Positions 42,406 to 52,347 of a stretch of DNA of 64,000 bases are shown in pieces. The notes beneath the pieces are model-generated. The model was not told the origin of the DNA and searched no databases. It saw nothing but the letters and a program-made list of their open reading frames with translations. A program made the translations under genes and the position numbers. The stretch is from an uncultured Verrucomicrobiae bacterium. GTDB taxonomy: Bacteria; Chlamydiota; Chlamydiia; Chlamydiales; Rhabdochlamydiaceae. Numbering within the stretch: position 1 is the first letter of the stretch; each line of letters begins with the position of its first letter. Where the stretch lies: the NCBI GenBank assembly GCA_963806855.1, contig CAWDYW010000001.1, positions 320,001-384,000 of the forward strand, written 5' to 3'.

Positions 42406-42461
42406 CTCACTTTTAATGAGGGGGTCGATGGTTCGAATCCATCAAGTCTCAAATTTCTATC
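42406..42461 (+). repeat. attR (duplicated tRNA-Lys 3' half)
   Basis: CTCACTTTTAATGAGGGGGTCGATGGTTCGAATCCATCAAGTCTCAAATTTCTATC. Confidence 0.95.
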
Positions 42462-42666
42462 CTATACTCAGTCAACCAGATCTCAAAAACGTTGGTTAAT
42501 CTGCACTCGCAACCTATTTACATAGTTTTGCTCAGTAATACAATTACAAAAAACATCTCCTTCATTGCGAAGCTTTGCATATACACTTATATTTTAAATG
42601 CAAATCCTCTTGATTAATTTAATGTGGTTATTATACAATTCACCACAATTTTTAAAGGGAGAGATT

Positions 42667-45600
42667 ATGAGTACAACTTTTGAACCAGTGAACGCATGGC
42701 TTAAGGAAAAGCTACCAGGTTGCGAGGTCAAGGAATCCGCATCGTGTGGATCTTCAACGATCTATCTCTTTCGAAGTGAAATAGCCAACCTTTGGGGGGT
42801 CTATATTCAGGGAAGTGAAATCGATGAACAGCAAATGCATAATATCTTAGAAGCGTGGAGTCAGAAGCAGTGTACGCCACAGATTGTTCTAGGTGACGAA
42901 CGGTGTTATTTCTTAGCTCAGCAGCATCTGTCCCAAGTATCACCTGATGGCAAATTGCTTAAAGGACGAGCGTCCCATGCGCAACCACTAGAAGCGCCCC
43001 CATCTGAAAAACAAGTCTCCCGTTCTGCAGCATACCCTCGCAGCTTAAGATTTGTTGAACTTTCAACAGCACAAATGCGAGTAATGGGTTTTGGTAACGT
43101 CAAATCTGATGCAAATCATGCGCTACACGTTGCAGAGAGGGCAAAGGATCAAGAGGCAATTGGAGGCAGCTGAAAAAGGCCCTCAAGTGGGCTGAAGTGC
43201 AATATGCTCACGCCAAAGCAGTTGTAAGATACAAAGCTACCCTTATGGTGCAGTGGGCATGAACAATGTCTTGCTCATTTGGAGAATATTGCTTGGAATA
43301 TGGAAAATGCACCAGCATATGCAGCTTTAAGAAAAGTGGGTCTTGCCAATGATTTCATTAGGAATTTTAGACTGCTTCATGCGGGGCTTTCTCATTTGCC
43401 ACAAATGAAAGAAGATATTCGGTCAATAGGAGGCTCTGGTCAATGCTTGTACCTATGGCATATTACAGCCGGGGCTTGCTTGTGTGTCCATCTATACATC
43501 ACTGCTGGCAATGCTTAATACCAGGGAAATTTCTCGCTCGCTCACCCAGAAGGAATTTTACGATGCTCTAAACGATAAGCTTCTACCGTTGATGGTTGAA
43601 ATGGGAGAGGTGCTAGCTGCGGGCCAAACAAGGCTGTCTGCGCAGATGCAAGGCCAAACTAATGCTTTCCTTATAAATTTAGGAGTTAGTCATGAGTCTC
43701 TTTCGCGTCTGATACAAAAACAGGGGGCGGAATCAGAGAAAAGGGATGATGTGACCAAGTTTGATCAATTTGTTGATCAGGCAACTAAGAGAGCTTCGAA
43801 CTATAATCAGCAGCTTGCAGATGCCTCGGCATTTATTAAAGGTAGGAAAGTTCAAGAGAACTGGTTTGATGAATACTGCAAACTGACACGCACAGTCCTC
43901 AATGGAGCCAAAGACCTTCCCAATCATGGATTTAATGGTACAGTTCTAACATTTCCTATCGACTGTATTGCAATGAATCCTCTCTATTGCACAGGAGCTT
44001 TGCATCAGAGAATTTTTGAAGACTTTAAGGAGATTCCTCCCGAGCTTCCTATTCTATATACAGCGGCGCACACATTCATTCTTGTTACAAAGGCTCTGCT
44101 TGAAAAGGAGGCAATATTTGAGCTAAATTGTCCAACCGATAGAAGTGCTGAACTTCTTGACCTGGCTGAAAAAATGCAAGCAGGCATTGAAAAACAACTT
44201 CAGCTTTTCGGTAGTCTTGATTCTCAACTAGATAAATTGATCAAAAGCCATGATGCATTCATTGCTTGGATAAAGAAAAATAAGGGGCTTTCAACAGCAG
44301 CTAGGGAAAGAAAAAGTGATACAGCTAAAGAATGGTGGAGAAATAACTGGCAAAGAGTGCTTCATAATCGTGTAGGTAAGGAAATGTTCCGATGGAACAA
44401 ATTTGTCCATTCTCCAATGAATTTAAAAAGCCATAAAGATGCGATGACAACGACACTACGACGTAGATCAATAGTAAGTGATTTTGCTATACCCTTTGTG
44501 CAGGCTGGTGCACTACTAGATTTATTGGGTGTTGATTATGCACTCAGTGTCAAAAGAAGTCCTCAAATCGCTGCTGCTTCTGCGCTGGAATCTAAAGGGA
44601 TTACACCAAATAGCTTAATGCGACTTGAGCCAGGGGTAAACGGCGACGGTTTGAAATATCGGATTTGGTCAGATGGAGCGGAGTTTAATTCATCAGTGAG
44701 TGTGAGAGCACTTCCCTATCTACCAGGTGCGAGCTTCTTTGCAAATCTTGTAGATGTAGATCTTGATGAAAAACCTAAAACTCCTCCGAAAAGGTCTCTA
44801 TTTGATTGTGAAGTAATATATGATGGCGGTAAATTTAATTTTGAATTTGCCTCCGACTCACGTTTGCAACAAAAGGATGTTGAAAGCATTCATAATGAGC
44901 CAATGGCATCAAATCGTCATATTAAAGTCCACGGTTTGATCATGGGAGTTGACGACCTCCTTCGTCCAGAAAATACTCAGCGCAAGATAGCTTTTGATCA
45001 ATTTAAAGATCGTTTTGAAGTGTGTTTACCTCTAGATAAAGACAGCTCTCTTCCGCCTCTACCTTTGCCAAAAACTTTGATGCTTTCAACGCTCAAACGC
45101 TTATGCCCTGAGTTTGAAAGATTGTCATTTGTAGGAAGTTTTGTTGACTTAAAGTATGAATTTATTCGGTCCGCAGATGGGGATAAATATCAACTCAGGC
45201 TTCATGCTATTGATGGATTCACGCAAATTGCTTTCAACTCTTGCACGATTTGCGAATTTGATGAAGGCACTGTAAAGGCTTGCTTAAAAGAGGGGCAAGA
45301 AGATTTTACCGAGTTTCTTTGCTGTGCCCTTTTTGCATTTTTTAACAATGTAGATATTCCTGGAAATAAAACTCACTATAATGCGAAAGAAGGCATTGTA
45401 GCTCCGGTTTTGACACCCTTTGTTGGATTATTTGCTGTTCTCGAAAAATTCCCACATCTCTGCTTTACATTTAATCATCGGCATTATGATGAAAAAGTGG
45501 CTGAGGATTTAGAGCATGCAATCGCTAGCGGAAAATTGGACGACAATCTAAAAAAACACTTCTTCAAAAGAAGTGATATACAAGTTGATGAAGAACACAT

Positions 45601-46879
45601 GGCATGGCAAGAAGTTTTTTCTAAAAGAAAAATGGCTATAGAAGAGTCTAATGAATATAAAGAGTTTAGAGATCAGCTGGCTATTTTCACCCCGCTTGCA
45701 AAACTCGTATGCAATCTGAATGACAATCAGATTGATGCCTTACTTGCCACAAAACTAAGAATTTTATCTCCCAAAGAGCCACAATGGATTGAACAAGCTT
45801 ATTATGATGCACGGTCATCCGATGGTGATAGAGATGAAGTCCGTAATGTATTGGCAATGGGCAGGTCGCCTGCAAAGGTGCGCCTTACATCTTATCAGGA
45901 GAGACTTGCCACAATTATCGATTTTCTTCGCTTTGCTAAAGGGCCTAATCCTGCTCGTCGAACCATCGCCATGAGTGCGCAAAAAGTGGTCGCTAAAGAG
46001 TTAGAAATCGAGGGTGCAAAAGCCCGTGCTGATGTAGGAAAAGATACATACCAAAGACCTATCTTGAAGAGCCCATTCGAGCAGAATCCACAGGGAAAAG
46101 CAGAAGAAGGAGCTAAGGTCCCCCAGGCACCAGCAGCTCAAGGCGTGCCTGAAGCAACATCATCTAATAGACCAGTAAAAAGTAAAATTAAGATGGGGCA
46201 TTTACCTGGAACCCTGACTATGAATGTACTGGATACTACCGTCCAAGAAGTTGAAAATGCTGTTTTCTCTGAGGGACGTATCTATGGGGATGGCAATTGT
46301 GGTTTTTCGGCAACGAATACAAGTCGAAATGAGGTCGTGAAGTATCTTCTCGAACATGCGGAGGACGAAGAGATTCGCAAGCTAGTGGTAGCGGATGTCA
46401 TGAATTGGTTTATAAGTGGTGAAGGAGAAGACTTCAAGAATAGTATTCCTCAGAAGCTCTGGGAATTTCGAGTACGTTGTACTAGTTCCGACGGAAATCA
46501 GGCTGAATTGTTAAAACTGGCGCAAACCAAAGAGTTATTTGAAGCTTATATCCAAAATTACTTGTGTAAGTCCGGGCAGCTAACTCTTGCTGATGATGAT
46601 GAACCAGGTGTCATGGGAGCCATTGCAAAGATGAAAGGATTGCAAATTCGAGTTTGGGAGCGTGTCGGGGAGTGTGTGATCCAGATGAGACATGTCTATG
46701 GTGATGAAAAAGATAAAGATCATACGTTAGATATACTTTATCGTCCTGCTGATAAGGGTAGAAATAATGGGCATTTTAACAAATTGCTTCCATCTGAAGA
46801 AGATTATGCGAATCCTATAAAAACGGGAGATTGGTATAAAAAGGGAGCTGTAGTATTTTCTCCTCGCGTTGATGATTAG
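42667..46879 (+). CDS. Large effector-like protein with C-terminal OTU-like cysteine protease domain (5' part split into short ORFs)
   Basis: 1131-aa ORF 43484-46879 with YGDGNCGFSA ... NGHF; upstream ORFs probably its frameshifted N-terminus. Confidence 0.7.
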
Positions 46880-46902
46880 AAAGTATAAGAAATTTCGGCA
46901 TA

Positions 46903-46950
46903 TATACCCCGACTCGCCCAAAAGTGTGAATTCGGACGGCGCGGGGTATA
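46903..46950. terminator. Hairpin between convergent genes / short palindromic element
   Basis: TATACCCCG...CGGGGTATA. Confidence 0.6.
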
Positions 46951-46961
46951 ACTTTTGAACT

Positions 46962-47708
46962 TTAATTCGAAAAAGGCTCTTTAAGACCATTGATTGCCGC
47001 AGTTCCTAGTTGAGAACATGATAACCATTGGCCATAGAGAGGGAGGATAGAAGTGGATTTTTCAACAGAATCGTACCAGGGCAGTTTCTGACAATCTTCT
47101 GGTAAAAGAGCATATAAAAAATCAGTCTTACAATTAACCGCGCCTTTTTTTACTTTATCTTCTGATGGTGGTGGAAAAAATCCTCTAAGCTTTCCTTCAT
47201 AGTGAAATCCACATTTTTCAATGACTCGAATGCTTGCTGGATTTTCTGAGGCGCTTCCTACTTGCAAACGCTTGACCTGAAGACACTGGAATGAGACCAT
47301 CGTAATGATTTGCGTTGCTAGCGTGGCCAATCCTTTATTCATATGACGTGGAGATATCCAATAGCCAATTTCCCAGCAATCGGGGTTAAATGGGGTTGCC
47401 GGCATAATCCCCACAGAGCCAAGAAGTTCGCCAGTTCTCAGATCGAAACAACCCCACTCAAAAACTGTGCCTAAAAAATATGCAGCGTGCTGTTGAACAA
47501 CCTCCAGAAGACATTCCTCAAAATTCCATTCTTTAACCGGCCAAAGCATAAATTTGTAAAGCCAAGGGAGCGAATCTTTTAATACTTGTTGGAAATTTTC
47601 TGCATCATCTGCCTCAAATGGCCTTAAACTAAGTTGTGTGTCTCCATGTTTGTATTCAATTCTTTTTGGTGGAAAACGGCGAGAAAGCAATGGCTTAGAT
47701 GCTGACAT
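46962..47708 (-). CDS. GNAT N-acetyltransferase, RimJ/RimL family
   Basis: LRPF, EIGYWI, NKGLAT, NPASIRVIEKCGF. Confidence 0.9.
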   Translation of the reverse strand: MSASKPLLSRRFPPKRIEYKHGDTQLSLRPFEADDAENFQQVLKDSLPWLYKFMLWPVKEWNFEECLLEVVQQHAAYFLGTVFEWGCFDLRTGELLGSVGIMPATPFNPDCWEIGYWISPRHMNKGLATLATQIITMVSFQCLQVKRLQVGSASENPASIRVIEKCGFHYEGKLRGFFPPPSEDKVKKGAVNCKTDFLYALLPEDCQKLPWYDSVEKSTSILPLYGQWLSCSQLGTAAINGLKEPFSN

Positions 47709-47890
47709 TTTTTGTAAGACTCCGCGAGGTTATTCCCCAGAAACTTTAAAAAAGTGGAATATCTAGTAATATGCCCTAACTTCGGGCTTCCTTTCAAGAT
47801 CTAATCTTGAACACGATTTTTCCGAGTGGGTTTCTTTTTTTGATGGGATTGACAGCTTGAACTCTGCTTGGTCAATCCCCTTTTCAATAA

Positions 47891-49024
47891 TCACATCCCG
47901 TATGGAGCCGATCTTTTTCGAAGATTAGTAGTGGTTTCCAAAATCCAACCTGATAGGGTATCTAAAACTACAGGTGCAATAGTTTCTTCAATTTTTCCAT
48001 ACTCTAAAATAGATCCAGATTCACATGTTTGAAAAAAATGGTTCAGTTTTGGCAATTCAATAATCCTATAATTTCGGTTCCCAGCCTCTTCAAGAATTTT
48101 GGCGATGACAGGAAGATTTTGTTTGGGAGGAACTTGGCAATCGAGTTCGCCATAGATCACCAAAACAGGAATCTTAAGATGCTTTAATGAGGTTATTGGA
48201 TCGTAAGTCAAAAAATATCGGAACCATCTTGAGTTGATACGCTTAATTTGGGCTTCGATGGTGTCCGCACATGATTGTTGCTCCTCTTTGGGTAGATTGG
48301 CTAACTGTTTTGCGACAATTTCTCGTAGCAGTTTATCAGCTTTTTCAAGATCAGATTCATTTATGATTACAGACAATACTTGCTTCTGAAAATCAATTTG
48401 ATGACTTATCTGTTCTTCCGTAACTCCCAAAGCACGAGAAATCAGAGTTTCTTGCTCATAAAGAGTTGCTTCACCGGTTACGCCGCCGCCTGCCATTAAC
48501 ACGATAAAAGCTACGTCCTTCGATTTAACCGCTACCATTGGAGCAATCAGCCCCCCTTCGCTATGACCAATCAAACCTATCAGTTCTGCATCAACTTCCT
48601 TCCGAGTTTTCAAATATTCAATACCAGCTATTACGTCAGCAGCAAAATCTTCAGTAGTCGAAACGTCGTAATTTCCCGTTGATTGCCCAACCCCACGCTT
48701 ATCTACGCGTAATACTGCAAAACCTCGTTTTGTAAGATGGTCAGCTAAGACCAAAAAAGGCTTGTGTCCAAATACTGTTTCATCACGATCAATTCGGCCA
48801 GAGCCAGCAATGAGTAAAACAGCAGGAGATGGTTTTCCTGACCTGGGAAGAGTTAAAGTGCCGGCCAAGGTTACGTCTGCAGTTAAGTTAGAGTATTTAA
48901 CCTCTTCTTCATCGTAAGAAATGGCGCTTTTTGGCTCCTGAGGACGTAAAGGTGCAGAAACCTCTTTAGGTAATTCATCTGCAGCAGCTATCAGACTGAG
49001 TACAGTAAACAATTGTTTAATCAT
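47891..49024 (-). CDS. Exported alpha/beta hydrolase
   Basis: AGTLTLP, DKRGVG, GHSEGG, LNH. Confidence 0.9.
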   Translation of the reverse strand: MIKQLFTVLSLIAAADELPKEVSAPLRPQEPKSAISYDEEEVKYSNLTADVTLAGTLTLPRSGKPSPAVLLIAGSGRIDRDETVFGHKPFLVLADHLTKRGFAVLRVDKRGVGQSTGNYDVSTTEDFAADVIAGIEYLKTRKEVDAELIGLIGHSEGGLIAPMVAVKSKDVAFIVLMAGGGVTGEATLYEQETLISRALGVTEEQISHQIDFQKQVLSVIINESDLEKADKLLREIVAKQLANLPKEEQQSCADTIEAQIKRINSRWFRYFLTYDPITSLKHLKIPVLVIYGELDCQVPPKQNLPVIAKILEEAGNRNYRIIELPKLNHFFQTCESGSILEYGKIEETIAPVVLDTLSGWILETTTNLRKRSAPYGM

Positions 49025-49121
49025 CCGAGTCCTCGTTTTATATTCTAGTATGTCCAGAAAGCTATAAGATGTGATGGCAGATTATCGCAGATTGAACATA
49101 ATTGCCTCAATCGAAAAGGTT

Positions 49122-49253
49122 TGGTGCAACAGCGAGCTCATTGCACCTGCAAAGATCCGCAATACTCGGTTGCATCCATCAAGCAGCTACCTTACAATCA
49201 TGCTCATAGTGACTAATGCTCATCTCATCAAGATGGGCACCGATGATTCCAAT
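49122..49253 (+). repeat. Degenerate copy of the island right end (arm site plus att remnant)
   Basis: Manual alignment gives about 70% identity to 42282-42375, followed by CATCTCA..CGATGATTCCAAT resembling the tRNA-Lys 3' half. Confidence 0.6.
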
Positions 49254-49267
49254 GAAAATCGAAGAGT

Positions 49268-50722
49268 CTATTTTTTTGATAGCCTCAATTTGTCTTCTAC
49301 GCCCAAATAACTAGAATATGCATTGGGTTCTCTGATATTAAACTTAAGCCCTACTTCTTCGGGTTTAAGGGTAAGCATTCCTTTTGCTGATAAATTCGTT
49401 TTTTTTGGTGTTGAAGTAATAACATATTTTTCCAAAGCCGCAGAAATAAAAGTCGATATTTCATTTTCTGCCAATGGCCTGCCAGGACACGCGTGATGCC
49501 CAACACTAAATACCATGGTTGGATATTGATTTGCATATGACGTGCTTGAAGAACGAACTTGATGTTCATCTTTTCCAGCAAGATAGGGAGAGCACATGAT
49601 TCTCTCTCCTTTCGAAATGGGATATTGCCACTCTATGTTGCCCTTATTTTTGACAGTAATGATCAGGTCTTCACGTGCGACACGGGCAAAGGTATAAACT
49701 GGAGGAAAGATTCTAAGACAGTCTCTTATAAATGGATCTAGGACAGAAGCATCTTTTATAATTTCATCTTGGACGTCTGTCCGTTGGCCAAGGCGCCATA
49801 GAATAGAGTGCAGAGCTGTTGAAGTGGTTTCTGATCCTGCAATATAAACGAGCATCAATGTCCCAAAAATTCGTATTTCAGACATTCCTTTCTCACGAAG
49901 AAACTCTACAAATTCTCCACTACTTGATTGAATTGCCTTACTGAGTTTGTCTTTGGCCCATTTATACTCTTCTCTTTGTGCTGCGTTAGAACTAAACATT
50001 AGCCAATAATTCATCGCTATTGATGCGGCCCGGCCAATTTCTTGACATTCTTTTAAAGAAAGAGTTGGGTCTAAACAAAGACGAGAAAGAACAGCGACAG
50101 TAAGTGTTTCTGTGAGCTCTCTTGCAGAAATCTCTTTTCCATCTTTTTGCTCTATTGAATCGAGAATTTCTTTAGTAACCTCTTTTAGTACCGGTTGCAT
50201 CCGCTCGCGAGCATTTGATTTAAGAAAAAATTCCATGAAAGGGCTTCTTAAATCTTTGGTGTTTTCTCTGGAGCAAGTGAATAAAAAATCTTCTTTAGAA
50301 ATCTCATTTTTGTATTCAGGGAATAGGTCTCCTAAAAGGTTTAGAAAACTTGACTTTTCGGGCGTCTCAAATAGACCATCGGGATCATGTCGAAAATGAC
50401 GAAAAGCAACCTCATGGATGAGTTTCGGAGAAGAGACAATATGAAAGGTATTGGATAATAGCGGCATGGGCGTGACTGCACTGCCCCTATAAGTTTGGTC
50501 TAAAATTCCAGCAAGATCCTGGTCTCTCAGAAATTGATAGGCATTACAAGCGCCCTGAAGACTGTTTAATGGAAAATTAACCATCCAATTAAACCAGTTA
50601 GTTGCTTTGGCGCATGTACTATGGTTTGCAAGTTTGATACTCACTTCAGAATCTTCATTAACAGACAGCCGAGGCGGGGTTCTATAACCACCAAGAGTAT
50701 AAATCGTTTTCAAAATACTCAT
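49268..50722 (-). CDS. Cytochrome P450
   Basis: AGSETT I-helix; FSVGHHACPG heme ligand; DCLR in place of ExxR. Confidence 0.9.
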   Translation of the reverse strand: MSILKTIYTLGGYRTPPRLSVNEDSEVSIKLANHSTCAKATNWFNWMVNFPLNSLQGACNAYQFLRDQDLAGILDQTYRGSAVTPMPLLSNTFHIVSSPKLIHEVAFRHFRHDPDGLFETPEKSSFLNLLGDLFPEYKNEISKEDFLFTCSRENTKDLRSPFMEFFLKSNARERMQPVLKEVTKEILDSIEQKDGKEISARELTETLTVAVLSRLCLDPTLSLKECQEIGRAASIAMNYWLMFSSNAAQREEYKWAKDKLSKAIQSSSGEFVEFLREKGMSEIRIFGTLMLVYIAGSETTSTALHSILWRLGQRTDVQDEIIKDASVLDPFIRDCLRIFPPVYTFARVAREDLIITVKNKGNIEWQYPISKGERIMCSPYLAGKDEHQVRSSSTSYANQYPTMVFSVGHHACPGRPLAENEISTFISAALEKYVITSTPKKTNLSAKGMLTLKPEEVGLKFNIREPNAYSSYLGVEDKLRLSKK

Positions 50723-50781
50723 AGTAATCTCCTTTAAGGTTATGAAAGATCATTCCTTCAAATCGTCTATGAGTATACGCA

Positions 50782-50802
50782 ATTGACCGACCGTCGGTCA
50801 AT
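50782..50802. promoter_or_regulatory. Putative TetR operator
   Basis: Perfect dyad ATTGACCGAC-C-GTCGGTCAAT between divergent P450 and TetR genes. Confidence 0.75.
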
Positions 50803-50865
50803 CACTAAAAAAAGATTGACCCTCAGGGGCTATGCTTTATAATGTAAGTAACTAAGGGTGAATCT

Positions 50866-51492
50866 ATGGCTAGAATTGTGAAAAAATCTGCAGAACGGAA
50901 AGCGGATATTGTGACCGCTGCTCGCCGCCTATTCCAGACCCAAGAATATGACAAAACAAGCATGCAAGACATTATGGATGCCCTCGACATTGCTAAAGGC
51001 ACCATATACCACTATTTCAAATCCAAAGAAGCTCTTCTTGAAGCTGTTATTGAAGACATTGTCGAGAAAAACATCGAACAAATGCAAACTCTCCTCAAAA
51101 ATGCTCGTGGCAATGCCTTGCAGAAAATGGAACTTCTAGTGAAGGCGGGCGACATGGCCGCAGATAACAAAGACATTTTAGACCATCTGCATAAACCAGG
51201 CAATGATGCGATGCACATCCGACTCCTCGCAGCAACTCTAGTAAAACTCGCCCCTCTGTATGCAGAGGTGATCCAACAAGGCTGTGATGAAGGGATCTTT
51301 AAATCAGAAACACCCCTCGAATGTGCAGAATTTATCCTTTGTGCAATTCAGTTTCTTACCGACATGGGGATTTACTCATGGACGCAAAAAGATTTAAACC
51401 GCCGAATACAAGCCTTTCCGAAATTAATAGAGCAGCAACTGCAGGCGCCGTCTGGGTCCTTCCAATTTCTCATTGCATATATGAATGGCTGA
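50866..51492 (+). CDS. TetR/AcrR family regulator
   Basis: HTH IAKGTIYHYFKSKE. Confidence 0.95.
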   Translation: MARIVKKSAERKADIVTAARRLFQTQEYDKTSMQDIMDALDIAKGTIYHYFKSKEALLEAVIEDIVEKNIEQMQTLLKNARGNALQKMELLVKAGDMAADNKDILDHLHKPGNDAMHIRLLAATLVKLAPLYAEVIQQGCDEGIFKSETPLECAEFILCAIQFLTDMGIYSWTQKDLNRRIQAFPKLIEQQLQAPSGSFQFLIAYMNG

Positions 51493-51500
51493 AAGATTTA

Positions 51501-51531
51501 TATAAAGCCCCATATCAAATGGGGCTTTATA
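51501..51531. terminator. Bidirectional terminator
   Basis: TATAAAGCCCCAT-ATCAA-ATGGGGCTTTATA between convergent genes. Confidence 0.8.
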
Positions 51532-51536
51532 GAGCT

Positions 51537-52049
51537 TTAGGCAGCAAGGCGCTTATAGGCCATTTTATTGACCCCTGAGTGGAAGAATGTTCCCTTAGCG
51601 ATTTCGTTCAGCTTCTTGTTTGCATTAGATTCTTCTTCAGAAGTCTGATTAAGTAATTTCTCTACATAGGCGAGATCGAGGTGTTTGGCCATTGCTTTTA
51701 AGTTGCCATAAGAGGCAATTTCAAAATGCTCTACCCTTTGGGCATTAAAAATAATAGCGGCATCTCTTGCAGCTGGGTCCAGATGAAATCGAAGGGCTTT
51801 TGTGCCATCTTTTAAGATTCCAGCGAGTCCATCTGATTTACCGCCATGGATATTGATGCCAAGCTCATTGGCAATGACATCTAAGCGTTTAACCTGTTCC
51901 TTAGTTTCTTTTAAATGATGCCGAATAGCTGCTTTGAGTTCAGTCGAATGGGCAGCGTGCATTAATTTTGGCATAGCTCTAAGCAATTGGTTTTCAGCAC
52001 TATAAATATGCTTAAGCTCTTTAACAAATAAATCATAAAAATCTTTCAT
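51537..52049 (-). CDS. Ferritin-like DUF892/YciF family protein
   Basis: IYSAENQL, HLKETKEQ, QRVEHFEIASYG. Confidence 0.9.
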   Translation of the reverse strand: MKDFYDLFVKELKHIYSAENQLLRAMPKLMHAAHSTELKAAIRHHLKETKEQVKRLDVIANELGINIHGGKSDGLAGILKDGTKALRFHLDPAARDAAIIFNAQRVEHFEIASYGNLKAMAKHLDLAYVEKLLNQTSEEESNANKKLNEIAKGTFFHSGVNKMAYKRLAA

Positions 52050-52180
52050 ATTTCCTCCTCATATGGATCTATTTTTATTATCTTAGTTAATTGCGGATTA
52101 GTAAATAAATTTGATGATATTAGTGCGTAATTGCATGGCGGCTAAGGATATAGGGCCTCAATTTGTCTCCTATGCCCAAA

Positions 52181-52347
52181 TTATTAACCCGAGCTCCAAA
52201 TAGGTGACAATATGCGCCAGCGAGGCAAAGCAAAATCGATTCCCCAATCGCAGGACAGTGTTCTCGTACCACGAACTGCGATTGGGGAATCGATTTGGCA
52301 AAGCCACAGCAAGCAGATTGTCACCTATTTGGGGCTCTGGTTAATAA
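52181..52347. repeat. 167-bp palindromic element (RPE/MITE-like)
   Basis: Outer 31-bp arms (29/31) and inner 21-bp perfect arms AAATCGATTCCCCAATCGCAG; TTATTAA/TTAATAA ends. Confidence 0.9.

Larger units (their letters stand above)
32073..42461 (+). mobile_element. Integrative phage-satellite-like genomic island in tRNA-Lys
   Basis: 56-bp direct repeats at both ends; integrase, excisionase-like, helicase and HGG-motif genes. Confidence 0.92.

Noticed and set aside
42406..42461. Second tRNA-Lys gene
   Set aside because: It lacks the 5' acceptor strand and D-arm; it is attR.
32073..42461. Intact prophage or ICE
   Set aside because: No capsid, portal, tail, relaxase or T4SS genes are recognisable.
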